Origin: Octopus bimaculoides
Lineage: Eukaryota
DNA length: 64,000 nt
Reading direction: 5' to 3'
Assembly: GCF_001194135.2 (NCBI RefSeq)
Contig: NC_068999.1
Location: 7,875,609 to 7,939,608 of the forward strand
Every line of letters begins with the position of its first letter. The stretch's first letter is position 1. The translations under genes were made by a program, and so were the position numbers. Positions 41,719 through 54,855 of this stretch are shown in pieces. The notes under the pieces are model-generated. The model ran no database searches. It had not been told where the DNA came from and worked only from the letters and a program-made list of their open reading frames with translations.

Positions 41719-42814
41719 CAGTCGTAGCCAAAAGTTTGGAGCATATTTTTTTTAATTAAAATTGTTATACCCAAGTACAATTCGATTCAAATGCAGGGTG
41801 CGGTGAATATATCGCCGTCTAGATTACACAAAAATGAAAATAGTACTAATAACTCATTCTAAAAGATATATTTACCAAAATTACATGAAAATGTCTTGAA
41901 ATAATAAAGAGTAAATTTATTCAATAAAATTGCCATTAGCTTTAACCACAGACTCCAGCCGACTTCGGAATCTCTTGCAACGGTCTCCTTGTTTCAGTTG
42001 GTTAATGCTGCCAAAATCCTTGTCTTCAGTTCATCTTTGGTGTTACAAGGACTTTTGTTGTTTTCTCGCTCAACTGCGCCCAACACATAATAATGAAGGG
42101 GGGCGCAGTCTGGAGAGTTAGGTGGCCAAATGTTATGGGTAAGGTGGTCGAAGAAATTGTCTGACAGCCATGACTGGTTCGTCCTGCTTTTGTGGATATA
42201 GTTCAGAGTCCTGTTGCCAGACATGGGATCTTCCAGCAGCCACCCTCTTGAACCATGCAGCACTACCTCCGTGTAGAGTCTGAGGCTGTGTGGGAAGATG
42301 ATTGGAGGCATAACGTCGCCGTCACTACTGATCACTCCAAACAACATGGTGTTGGCTGGATGTTTGATTTTTATCTCATTCGGTACATGTTTTGGGGACA
42401 CGGCAAGCCAACGGTTCTTCCGTGTGTTCACTATCTTTTCGCATTGGAGCTTCCGGCGCAGCATGTCGTTACCAAATTGCTGGCAGAGTGAATTGCCTCA
42501 TGGCACTGTTTTTCTCACAGACGGTGCCCACCTGACGCTACTATACTGTTTAGTCGACAAAATCAAAAACAAAGAATACGCATGCGTGAAATTAAAAATA
42601 CAAAATGGTGACGATTTACCCATGCCATTCTGCATATACCACGTGGCGATATACTCACCCAGTAACTGATGCGATGGTTCAATATCTAGAAGGAAAAATA
42701 GACAAAATCGAGAATATAGTTCTTGACAAAATTGCTTATTTTCAATTTAACTTTGGACATTTAATATAAAAATTCTTCTTTCAGACTTATGTTCCAAACT
42801 TTTGGCCACGACTG
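41719..42814. mobile_element. Tc1-like non-autonomous element (MITE) hosting the maT insertion
   Basis: 22-bp TIRs: CAGTCGTAGCCAAAAGTTTGGA (41719) and reverse complement CAGTCGTGGCCAAAAGTTTGGA (ending 42814), 1 mismatch, TA on both sides. Confidence 0.85.
41794..42632 (-). mobile_element. Internally deleted Tc1/mariner element, maT (DD37D)-like transposase remnant
   Basis: ORF 41994-42464 contains WPPNSPDCAPLHYYVLGAVERENNKSPCNTKDELKTRI and KHPANTMLFGVISSDGDVMPP. Terminal repeat CAGGGTGCGGTG at 41794; a diverged counterpart ends near 42632. Confidence 0.85.
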
Positions 42815-43679
42815 TATATATATCTTAAATCATCTCAAGATAAAAAGCGAGTCAGTAGTTTTATAAACACATAATAATTGCGGTCTTCGTATATAAACAA
42901 GTTCTTCAATTAAACCTTATATATTTGTATAACATTTTATTTCAGAGCGTCAAACAATAATTTTATCACGTGTCCTTACTAAGTTTAGAATTGTCATTTA
43001 ATGCACAAGCTACAATTACTTAATAAAATACAGTTCGATATATTCATAGAGTTTAACTCTAGTACATAAAAGAAGCAAAACAATTGGTGTAACAAAAGAT
43101 TTCATTGCAGAATTGATATTCATGTTACATATTGACGTATGGAAAAGACGGATGTAGTTAATTTAATTCTGATGAATTTTCGTGAATTTAATTATAAGTA
43201 ACACAATTGAGAATTAATGATCAAAACAAATATGGAATTTCAATTTGTTACAATATATCCTTTATTGTAAAGTATTGTTAAAGAAATTGTTTTCTGTTGG
43301 AATTATAAGACAAGCTAAATGGAAAAAGAACATAATTATATTTATGACATGAAAATAAAGATATGTGTATACAGCGAAGAAGAATTGAGGTCAATTATGG
43401 AATTTGCAATTTTTTCAAATGAATATAATACAGCTATACATAGGAACACATACGCATATATGTATGTGTATAGACATAAATATGTGTGTGTAAATATGTG
43501 CGTGGACACACACATATATATGTATATGTATACATATGTGCACACATATATATATGTGCGTATGCATATTTAAAAACATGTGTGAGTGTATGTAAATATG
43601 TGTACGTATTAATGTCTACCTAGTATATTGCTGATAAAAATGATCAAAAATCATAGGTTTCTCGGATATTTTGGTGTAT

Positions 43680-43860
43680 ATACTTGACCCCTGGACGGGA
43701 GGCGAGTCATTCGTTAGATTATTCATTTTTGCCAGCTGAGTAAACTGGGGCGACCTGAAATAAAGTGTCTTGTTCTATAAAAGAACGTGTCGCCTACTTC
43801 AAATATCAAAACGACAATCTTATGATCATGAATGCAACGCCCTAACCACAACGTCTAGCT
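43680..43860 (-). mobile_element. SINE family D, diverged
   Basis: TCATTTTTGCCAGCTGAGTAAACTGG...GAAATAAAGTGTCTTG. Confidence 0.68.
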
Positions 43861-43885
43861 CCGCCATGCAATATATATATATATA

Positions 43886-44128
43886 CTTTATTTAAAAGCA
43901 GCAGAAAATATAAGAAAAGCTGTTACTCAGAGTTTCACGTTCCCGTTCATCGGACAGTTTTGTTAAAATAGAACTGAAAAACAGTCCGATGAACTGGAAG
44001 CTGAAACTCTGAGTAACAGCTTCTGTTATATTTTCTCCTGCTTTTAAATAAAGCATATCACTCTACCTCTGGTATTTGAGTACTCTTTCTTCCCACCTTG
44101 TTTCACAATTATGTGGTTACTCCGGTAT
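43886..44128. repeat. Fold-back element with 75-bp arms carrying hammerhead-like motifs, inside (TA)n
   Basis: Arms 43886-43960 and 43979-44053 are reverse complements with several mismatches; 18-bp spacer. Confidence 0.85.
43920..43957 (-). ncRNA. Candidate minimal type I hammerhead ribozyme, U4C core variant
   Basis: CUGU-CCGAUGA-ACG(GGAA)CGU-GAAA-CUC U GAG-U-A-ACAG: stems I, II and III all pair by hand folding. Activity unknown. Confidence 0.45.
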
Positions 44129-44207
44129 ANNNNNNNNNNNNNNNNNNNNNNNNNNNNNNNNNNNNNNNNNNNNNNNNNNNNNNNNNNNNNNNNNNNNNNN
44201 NNNNNNN

Positions 44208-44244
<37 letters not shown>

Positions 44245-44356
44245 ATAGCTAGCTAGATAGACAGACAGGCAGACAGACAGACAGGCAGACATACATACAT
44301 ACATACATACAGACAAACAGACAGACAGACAGACACACAGATAGATAGATAGATAA

Positions 44357-44399
<43 letters not shown>

Positions 44400-44754
44400 T
44401 TCATACGAATATATTCATGTAATATCTGTACGTATATATATATACATTTGTGAGTGTATCAACCTGTATGTGATTACTATACGTATTTCGTTTCAACAAA
44501 ACGTAGCACATCAGTAAAACTTACATTTAATACTAACACAACATGGCATCCGTTAATTCGTTCGAGTGTTTGTATAATAAATCATTCTCAACTGTCACAT
44601 TAAAATTGTCTCGATTTATTACTGTAATTATCTATTTTTGTAAATACCAAAATTGAGTGCATATCATTTTGTATAGTCAAATGAAATGTTATATTTATAT
44701 AATAGTTATCATTCATGTACATTCACTTTTATTGTTTCTATCAGAAGCTTCTTG

Positions 44755-44792
<38 letters not shown>

Positions 44793-44830
44793 TTGAAAAA
44801 TATATACATATATATATACACAGACGCACG

Positions 44831-44882
<52 letters not shown>

Positions 44883-45059
44883 NNNNNNNNNNTAGATAGA
44901 CAGACAGACAGACAGACTGACAGATTATTAGACAGACAGAGATAGATAGATAGATAGATAAAGAGACAAACTGACAGAGAAATAGACAAACAGATAGATA
45001 GATATACATACGTGTATACTCATGTAATACACACACATACACACATTAGCTTTTTTTAA

Positions 45060-45323
45060 AACTTGTTTCAGTCACTAAACAACAGCCATGCTGGGGCACC
45101 GCCTTGAAGAATTTTTATTTGAAGGAATAGAAATCAACATTAGTATTTATCTTATCTTATTTATTTATTATTATTTTTGTTAAGCCCGGTACTTATATCA
45201 ATCTATTTTGCCGGACCGCCAAGTTACGAAGACGTAAAGGCGTAAACGCACCAACAGTGCTTGTCAAAAGTTGGTGGGGGACAAACACAGACACAAAGAC
45301 ACACATACACTCATACGCACGCG

Positions 45324-45367
<44 letters not shown>

Positions 45368-45380
45368 CAAACACACACAC
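45060..45380 (-). mobile_element. SINE family A 3' half with (CA)n
   Basis: CAGCCATGCTGGGGCACCGCC...GCCAAGTTACG...GGGGGACAAACACAGACAC. Confidence 0.8.
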
Positions 45381-45382
45381 AT

Positions 45383-45470
45383 ATTGGGTTGGCAAGAAAG
45401 TAATTTCGTTTGTCGCAAATAAATTAAGTTACGATATTTATGAATGGCTTTTGTCAATGTTATGACTTTT
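45383..45470 (+). mobile_element. Possible mariner-type terminal repeat fragment
   Basis: TA-TTGGGTTGGCAAGAAAGTAATTTCG resembles mariner TIRs; no partner end found. Confidence 0.35.
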
Positions 45471-45800
45471 TTTCCTTTCGACATTTGATAGCCATTACTT
45501 TTTGCTTATTTTAGAATCTAATTGCGCGTAACTGTGTTTACCGCTGTTGCTGTACACATTCGCTAGCTTTCTTACAAAGGAGTCTAACGCTCTTAGATCA
45601 GACTTTTTGAGGACAACCAGATCGAACCGTCTCAAGTGTAACTGCCCGAAACGATCGTGACTTCTGGTGCTTGATTGAGGAAAAAGGCCACGAATGACCT
45701 GTCTTCTTTTGCCTGTCGTTTTAATTGTTGTTTCTCTTGTCCACCTTTGTATCGTCTTTCTGTCCGAATGTTTTATTGTCCTCTATTGCGTTTTTGTTCC

Positions 45801-45836
<36 letters not shown>

Positions 45837-46629
45837 NNNNNNNNNNNNNNNNNNNNNNNNNNNNNNNNNNNNNNNNNNNNNNNNNNNNNNNNNNNNNNNN
45901 NNNNNNNNNNNNNNNNNNNNNNNNNNNNNNNNNNNNNNNNNNNNNNNNNCGATTCTATAGTAGAAGACACCTGTCTAAGGTGCGATACTGTGGGACTGAA
46001 CCCAAAACCCTATTGTTGGGAAGCAAACTAATTATTACAGAACAACTCACGTGTTTTTTTCCCTCCTCCACGTCTGCTTGACGAGCGATATTGGTTTGTT
46101 TAGCCCCCCCCCACCCTCATAACTCCGCTGCACAGCAAAAATATTACTGTTATTTTGTTCGACTAAAACCCTTTAACGTAATGCCCCATCTTAGCTGCAC
46201 TCCAGTCATACAAATAAGTAAAGGGTAAAAGAATATGCTCTAATACGATTTGATACGATTTCCACAACAACAACAATAACGACGAAACAGATAATATATG
46301 CAGCAAAATATTCTTGATTCACTGTCTTTTAATAGAACTGCAAATCCAATCGAATGCAAAATTGAAAAGAAGTCACGTTATTGTACTGTCTTAGATGCAA
46401 GAACAATGGGGGGNNNNNNNNNNNNNNNNNNNNNNNNNNNNNNNNNNNNNNNGGGGGGGGGGGAAATATAGAAACTGTTCTGGTGAATAAGTACAGCGTA
46501 TCATCTACCTCTGTTCCAAGAGGTCAAGAGCTACTTCGGCACTTTGACTGCCAGCAGCAAACAGCCGTTATTGCTTTGGCTTCGCTGGTTTAACACGATT
46601 TCATTCCAAGTCTGCTACAGCAATAGGGT

Positions 46630-46635
46630 AATGGA

Positions 46636-46667
<32 letters not shown>

Positions 46668-46744
46668 GGTGGTGGTGGTGTTGGTGGTGGTTGTATTGTT
46701 ATTGATGGTGTTGATGGTGTGGTTGTTGACGATGATGTGAATGG

Positions 46745-46775
<31 letters not shown>

Positions 46776-47140
46776 GGTGTTGATGCTGATGCTGATGATG
46801 ATGATCATGATAGTGATAGGTGGTTATCGTGGTGATGACGACGACGATAATGATTATTGTCGGTGTGGCGTACTTGTGGTACTGCTGTTAATCTTCTGGC
46901 TGCAGCTGCTACTGCTGCTGCTGCCGCTGATGATGATGATGATGATGTTGTTGATGATGATGATAATGACGATGACGATGGTTGTGGTGTTCTTGCTGCG
47001 GCTGCAGCTGGTGAGGATGGTTATGTTGGATGTGGCTTTAGTGGTATCTGTGGTTTGGGTGATGATAATAGTGGTGGTTGCTGTAATGTTCGATGGTGAT
47101 AATGACGATGATGATGACGACGACCACGAGGAGGAGGAGG
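46630..47140. repeat. Compound trinucleotide block (GGT/GAT/GCT/GAC/GAG)
   Basis: Visible in-register mixture of GNN-type triplets over ~500 bp. Confidence 0.9.
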
Positions 47141-47569
47141 AGAAAGGAAACAGTTGGTTGTCAAGGGTGAGGATACCGATGACGATGACGATTGGGCTAT
47201 TGGTGAATACAAAATGTTATGGAAGGCGAGCAGTTATCGACGCATTCAAATATATATATATATATATATATATTAAAATTTCAGCCATGTTCCGAGGACG
47301 GTGAATGAATCGATACAATCTCGCAAGCGTTGTCAGCTGAACACACCAAACACAAACACATATACATGCATCGCAAGGTATTCTTCGACTATGAATGTAG
47401 GAAAAAAGTAATCTTCCGGGGATTTAAAATCGGAGAGCAGAAAACCGATACAAATAACAGCCATATATTATTGAACCGGATGCTTTTAACGTTTCTTCGG
47501 ACTTTTGTCTTCCATCTCTCTCACACACACATAGAAATACACTCATAAACACGTTATTATTATTATCAC

Positions 47570-47792
47570 GGCGGTGAGCTGGCAGAGTCGTTTGCACGCT
47601 GGGCAAGATTCTTAACGGCATTTCGCCCGTCACTACGTTCTGAGTTCGAATTCTGCCGAGGTCGATTTTGCCTTTCATCCTTTCGGGGCCGATTAAATAA
47701 GTACCAGTTACACACTAGGGTTGATGCAATCGACTTAATCCCTTTCCCCCAAATTTGAGGCCTTGTGGTTCCAGTGGAAAAAATTATTATTA

Positions 47793-47829
<37 letters not shown>

Positions 47830-48042
47830 GGGCGGCGAGCTGGCAGAGTCGTTTGCACGCTGGGTAAGATTCTTAATGGCATTTCGCCCGTCACTACGTT
47901 CTGATTTCAAATTCCGCCGAGGTCGAATTTGCCTTTCATCCTTTCGGGGCCGATTAAATAAGTACCAGTTACACACTAGGGTTGATGCAATCGACTTAAT
48001 CCCTTCCCCAAAATGTGAGGCCTTGTGGTTCCAGTGGAAAGA

Positions 48043-48065
<23 letters not shown>
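47570..48065 (+). mobile_element. Two tandem SINE family B copies, each followed by (ATT)n
   Basis: Units at 47570-47784 and 47831-48044, highly similar to each other. Confidence 0.88.
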
Positions 48066-48083
<18 letters not shown>

Positions 48084-48084
48084 C

Positions 48085-48235
48085 ATTTCAGTTTCCGTCT
48101 ACACAATCTATTCACAAGGCTTTGGTTGTCCCGAGGCTATAGTAGGATACAATTACCAAAGGTGCCACGTAGTGAGACTGAACCCGGGGCGTTGTGGTTA
48201 AGAAGCAAGCTTCTTACTACACGGCCACGCTGTTA
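48085..48235 (-). mobile_element. SINE family A head
   Basis: TTCAGTTTCCGTCTAC...GAAGCAAGCTTCTTACTACACGGCCACGC. Confidence 0.8.
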
Positions 48236-48594
48236 TGTATATAAGTGGTAGGAATGGAATTAAAAAATTAACAGGGAAATAAGAATTATGTAATCAGCTT
48301 CATTAATTTATATATGATTCTGCAATAAGACAATAAGATGCAGTACACCTCGAGATGAGTACTTGACTATCACCTCTTTACGGCTCTGATGATCACGATG
48401 CACAAGCAACCAGCTTTCAGTGCACTGCGGCTAATAGCAGAAACAACTGTGAGCTAATGATGTTAAGTAGTTCCTGTTCCTTTATCGTTTCTCTCATTCT
48501 GCACTCGCCGAACATTTTATTATAAAGCTTTTTTTACATTGAGATTTAATAGTAGGTTATTAGTATTTCTGCCAAAGCGAATTCTTAAAATGTT

Positions 48595-48627
<33 letters not shown>

Positions 48628-49339
48628 ATGGATGGATGGATGGATGGATGGATGGATGGATGGATGGATGGATGGATGGATGGATGTGTGTATGTATTTC
48701 ATAGCAGACTATTTAAGTCCACTTCGATATAAATAGAAACCTCCTCATTTGTACTACCATACACACAACTCTTTTTGTTTTCCGAACCCCAAAGCTATAA
48801 CGGAATTAACTAAAGCATTATTTTATCAACGGACAGTTAAATTAACACTGAACGTAGATAATAACAGCATTATGCTTGTTTTTGCATCATCAACTCCGGG
48901 AGGAAATTAAATGTCTTCTACACAGAATTCATTCCTGGAATTATTTCAGAATTTGACGAGATTACATCATTCTTCTGTCATTTTGACGGAGAAAAGAACA
49001 ACAGCTTTCAACTTTTAATACTTGTAAGTCATAATACTATGTTGCCCTATCATGCTTCCATACTTTACGGCTGTCACTTGTAATGATTAAGAAGAAATAA
49101 TTTTATATGAATTAGTACGACGTAATTAATCTCAGCGATTAGCTAAATATTTTAGAATCAACTTAAATGCGGCCTAATTGTCTACAATCTCTAGCTGCCC
49201 GAAGAACAATTTCCGATTAAATCTGTAGAGTTCGACTTTGTGTTTGCTCTGTAAGATTGTTGATGGGAAATCGTTTGTTGAAACGGATTTTCTTGTATCA
49301 CAATAGGGTCATTAAGCTTATAAGAAACACACGCACTTC

Positions 49340-49407
<68 letters not shown>

Positions 49408-49416
49408 GTCAAATAG

Positions 49417-49520
49417 AAGGCGGCGAACTGGCAGAGCCGTTAGCACATCGCAGAAAATGCTTAGCGGCATTTCAAATTCCGCAGAGGTGAACCTTGTTCG
49501 AATTCAAATTCTGCCAAAAT
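49417..49520 (+). mobile_element. SINE family B 5' fragment after (ATT)n
   Basis: AAGGCGGCGAACTGGCAGAGCCGTTAGCAC head. Confidence 0.75.
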
Positions 49521-49531
49521 GGATCTTGTCT

Positions 49532-49534
<3 letters not shown>

Positions 49535-49567
<33 letters not shown>

Positions 49568-49770
49568 GTTGGATTCACGAGGCCAGTCATCCGGGTTTCG
49601 TAACGTGCAAATGACCGAAATCACAACATTCACCCTGAACAGTTCCAGCTGCGTGGCCCGGGGAAGTGCAAAATGAAGCATTTAGGTCAAGAGCACAACG
49701 TACCACCCAGACCGGGTATCGAAATTACGATTTTACGATCGTGAGAGTGGCACCCTAACCGGCAGACGAC
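49535..49770 (-). mobile_element. SINE family D with a (GAT)n tail
   Basis: CAAAATGAAGCATTTAGGTCAAGAGCACAAC...CCGGGTATCGAAA; (ATC)n at 49535-49567. Confidence 0.7.
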
Positions 49771-50820
49771 GCATCCTCTTTCTTCAACCGTCCGGGGTTG
49801 ATAAAATAATTACAGTTAAACACTTGAGTCAATATATCAACTACCCACTCACTATTTGAAAAAATTATGCCAAAATTTGAAACTATTATTATCAGTTACC
49901 TAATTTAACTAATTAACTCATCGATCCTTTGATTAATCGTTCAGTCAATAAATCGATAAACTGGGTTCGTTAGATTCCTTTCGTCGCCATTCGCAATCTC
50001 GTTTGTGGCTTACCTTTCTTATAATACATACCCTTGTATCATCGGAATAACTGAAGGCACGTTTAAACATTTATATTTGATATGTTTTAACTCGTTTATG
50101 CGGTATACATTACACGTTGTAAAAATCAGATATGTAGTTCATGATTAATTTTTAAATACTCGACAAACGATATTGTTTTTATCGATCTTATGACTGTCCT
50201 TTTTTGTTTGTTTTCTATTTTTGTTATTGATAAAACATTCGTGTTATTTTACTATTCTTTAGTTGTTATTTTAGTAAATTTCCACGCCTAATTTTATGTT
50301 TAAATATTCCTTTTCAAACAATGATAACCCGAAACTATAACAAATAAATAAAAGCAAATCGTATATTACACACCACACATCACACACTGCCATACAAATT
50401 TTATACAATTATCTTCATTTGAAGAACAGAACAGTTAAATGATTAAATTCTAAGTAGTTTCATTTAAAAAAGCATACACGACAAGCATAATGAAAAAGAA
50501 AACGACGTAAATATTTGAATTTTAAATAAACTCTTTAATATTTGGCATTTGATTTTCGAAAAACTCGTTTCTATTTTCAATTTGTTGAAGCTGGGATATG
50601 TTAATAATATCCAGAAACTGCAGATCAAATGTGTAATTAGAAGACTTATCAGCTCATCGTCTGATTATATGCAGTTTAAGCTTGTGCATATAATTGAATA
50701 TGCGATAGAAGCTAACGTGTTAGCATCTTTAATGATGTAGAACGGATCCATCTAAGAATCAAAAGCCTTTCTTATTTAGCAGAATAATAATAAGATAACA
50801 TTAAAATCCAGTATATGTGC

Positions 50821-50888
<68 letters not shown>

Positions 50889-51013
50889 NNNNNNNNNNNN
50901 NNNNNNNNNNNNNNNNNNNNNNNNNNNNNNNNNNNNNNNNNNNNNNNNNNNNNNNNNNNNNNNNNNNNNNNNNNNNNNNNNNNNNNNNNNNNNNNNNNNN
51001 NNNNNNNNNNNNN

Positions 51014-51084
<71 letters not shown>

Positions 51085-51769
51085 CGTGCGTGCACGTGCG
51101 TCTTTCATGAGAAACAGCAGTATGTTGTTGCTGCAGCATCAGTACCTGTTTGGATCTTATTCACTTACACATTTATTAAGCGAATAACATTGAACGTTGT
51201 AATACGCTTTTCCATATTTATTAATTTTTTTTTTGTCTTCTTACGTTAACATCCTGTACATTTCTAATTTGTCCCGCTTGTAGTTGAAAGATTGTTCACT
51301 TCTTTTGTTTTTGCGCTCCGTCTCTACTTTCATTTTTATCGTCTTTTTCTGTTGCATTTATCTCGTTAGCTTCCAGTTATGTGTATATCAAATACACTTA
51401 AACACATTATGGTCCAATGCCAAATATTCAAAACAGCATCGGGTTTAGATGGTGCCTGATGAATAACTTTACTACATCATAGTTTACACTCTCGTTAAAT
51501 ATATTTGCTTATGTTGTCATATGCCTATTGTACAATATCTTGTCATAAGACATTCCATTTCACTCGTCTCTCTCCGTCCTTAAATCTTCGTTTTACGTAT
51601 TTGCTCGGTTGTGCATACTTACTGATCTCACGCCTCTTCTCCTACTTCGCCATGTGCACCTTTACATATTTTACCAGCGATATCGTAAATCTGATCATAT
51701 ATTTTCCCGCGTTTGTGTTTGCAAAAATAATTCCTTTTTTCTCTCACTATCCCCATCTCTCTCTCTCTC

Positions 51770-51802
<33 letters not shown>

Positions 51803-51812
51803 NNNNNNNNNN

Positions 51813-51856
<44 letters not shown>

Positions 51857-54209
51857 CTCCCCATTCTTCCTCCTTTCATAGTGAAATAATGTAGTATAAT
51901 AATCCAAATCCTGGATTGTCTCCTACTGATGAGATTCGAATACATCAAAATCGCTGTATACGAATACTGATGACTTTATAGTAGACTAGGAATATTAAAG
52001 ACTCGTATATAAAGTAATCGAATAAGGCAAATAAATCCAGTTAAATTTCGCTTAAATCAATACACAAAGATTTGACTGTTTACTATAATCTATCAATCTG
52101 AAATTTGCTTCACTAATGAAAAACAAAATAATGACATTATCGTCTGTCAAGACGATTCTTTCCTTTGCAATGGTAACGAATAACGAACGACCAATGAAAG
52201 AACAGCTTTCGAATTTTACTTCCTTGTATTTATGAACACGTACAGACTTAGACGTACGTATATATATGCGTGTGCGTATGTGTGTGTGTGTTTCATTAAA
52301 AACACCAGGTTTTATGTTTTACTTCAAATTTTTTTTCGTAATATTAGATTACTTTTTTCTCGCTAATTTGGAACAATAGAGTTATTATATGCATATTCGA
52401 CGTTTCCAAACTTTCAGTGTCTCAACATAGAAATGGGTTGAATAATTATATTTTCTCTTTAACCTAATATAATGCGATGCTATCATTTTACCAACAGTTT
52501 AGTACTCATATACTGGAGGCTGCAATGAGAAACCATACTGAGTGTTTTGCATAGAGAATAACGTTTTATTTCTCAGGTCAACACACCTATGGTTTTATAT
52601 TTCATAAAATTACGTCCAGTATCGAAATAAACTAACACCAACGTTGGTGCTGAGCACGGGCACATATATATATATGAGTAAAAGATTATCTTCCACAAAA
52701 CTACTCAGAATTTAATAAAATAAGTTTCATATCGAGTTGATGTTTTCAAATATAACATGAAATTTTGAACACTTTAAAACAGGAAACCTACGTTTAAGAA
52801 CTGTTACAAAAGGGTTACCTGTGATTGCTGGTGATGTTTACCTAAATATCAAACCACACAGCGTTTCCTAATAAAGGGAACTATCGCACTTTCAATCTCA
52901 CTTTATTTATCTCTATTTTAATCTCTCGCAGACAATCTTCTCGCGTTTCTCCGTCAATAACAATTTATCACATCCAATCTATCTATATCTCAGTATTTCG
53001 TCCTCTCTTTCCCTCCTCCCCCACCCCACTCTCTGATCATGTTACTATCGCGTATCCATGGATATCTCAAAATTTAAAGTTGCTTTTTGAATTTCACTGT
53101 ATCGAGAGTATTGTCTTTATAAAATGTCTTCTGTGCGCGTAATATATTTTTATTAACGCTCTTTTGTCTTTATATTGGTAATTCCTTTTGTCTACCTGTT
53201 TGCCAAGTCAATATACCTTAGGATAATTGTGTGTTCATGTGTATACAGTCTCGTGTATGTGTGTATATCAATAAATAACAACGCGTAATAGATATGTATG
53301 AACGAATACATACTCATATACATATGCATACACACATACATACATATACATATGTATATATATATATATNNNNNNNNNNNNNNNNNNNNNNNNNNNNNNN
53401 NNNNNNNNNNNNNNNNNNNNNNNNNNNNNNNNNNNNNNNNNNNNNNNNNNNNNNNNNNNNNNNNNNNNNNNNNNNNNNNNNNNNNNNNNNNNNNNNNNNN
53501 NNNNNNNNNNNNNNNNNNNNNNNNNNNNNNNNNNNNNNNNNNNNNNNNNNNNNNNNNNNNNNNNNNNNNNNNNNNNNNNNNNNNNNNNNNNNNNNNNNNN
53601 NNNNNNNNNNNNNNNNNNNNNNNNNNNNNNNNNNNNNNNNNNNNNNNNNNNNNNNNNNNNNNNNNNNNNNNNNNNNATATATATATATATATATATATAT
53701 ACATGCATATATGCACACGTGTCGAGTTTTCTATAACTTCTGATTTTCTTTTCAGTTAATATATATTAAGTTTATTTTCATCCATTCACATAATTTCTTA
53801 CATCTAAAACAACTTCTTTCCATTAATATAGATTCTTACACGTCTAGTATATATAAGTTTTAGTAGCCGACATTGAGATTAAATATGTCTATCTTCAAAT
53901 AGTTCATTTCTGTTCTCTTCTACATCATTTAAAAATATAGCTGATCATATTTTACACGTATCTGATTTCCATTTAAAATTTGTTGCAAATTCGTTATTAT
54001 ATTTATTAGCTTTTCGGAAAAGAAAACTGTCTGTCTGTTTTGCTGCGAGCTATAATAAACTTCTGAAAACAGACAATTATAAACATTATCAAACAAAAGA
54101 ACAAATGATGAGAGATGATGAGAAAACTATAAGGCAGACGCGCCTTGTCATTGAAGATTTTTATTCGAGTAATTCAAGTGTGAATATAAGCTAACAACCA
54201 ATACGGTAT

Positions 54210-54465
54210 ATGTGTGCATTTATTATGTATGTGTGTATGCAAAATGTATGTATGTATGTATGTATGCAAAATGTATGTATGTGTGATGTATGTAAGTGTA
54301 TACCTATATATATAATACATATACATATATACATACATGATATATATATATATATACATATATATAATATATATACATATATGCATATATATGTGTGTGT
54401 GTATATATATATACATATAATATATATACATATACATACATATATAGATATACATATATGCATAC

Positions 54466-54530
<65 letters not shown>
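54210..54530. repeat. Long mixed (TA)n/(TACA)n low-complexity tract
   Basis: Direct reading; similar tracts at 4260-4880, 11960-12430, 33060-33490. Confidence 0.95.
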
Positions 54531-54855
54531 CGTAAATATCGAATGGTGATAATGAGTGTTCAACGCTGCATTGGTGTATATAATTTCTTTATTTGTGAAT
54601 TAAGGCTATCATTGCTTTCATGTTACGAAAAATAGAAAACTATCTTAGTGTCTTAAACAAGAGAAAGGTGTTCGCATCTATTTTAGAAAACACTCCTTTG
54701 TGCACGTGATCGGTTTGAAAAATTGTTAAGACACTAGTATATTATCCTATTTTTCTTAAGATGAATCCAATGGTAGACTTAATTCACAAATAAAGAAATT
54801 ATATCCACCAATGCGGTGTTGAGCACTCATTTTCATCGTTCGACATTTACGTATG
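54527..54855. repeat. Fold-back/MITE-like palindrome, ~133-bp arms
   Basis: CATACGTAAATATCGAATGGTGATAATGAGTGTTCAAC...TATAATTTCTTTATTTGTGAATTAAG has its reverse complement at 54723-54855; ~60-bp spacer. Confidence 0.88.
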
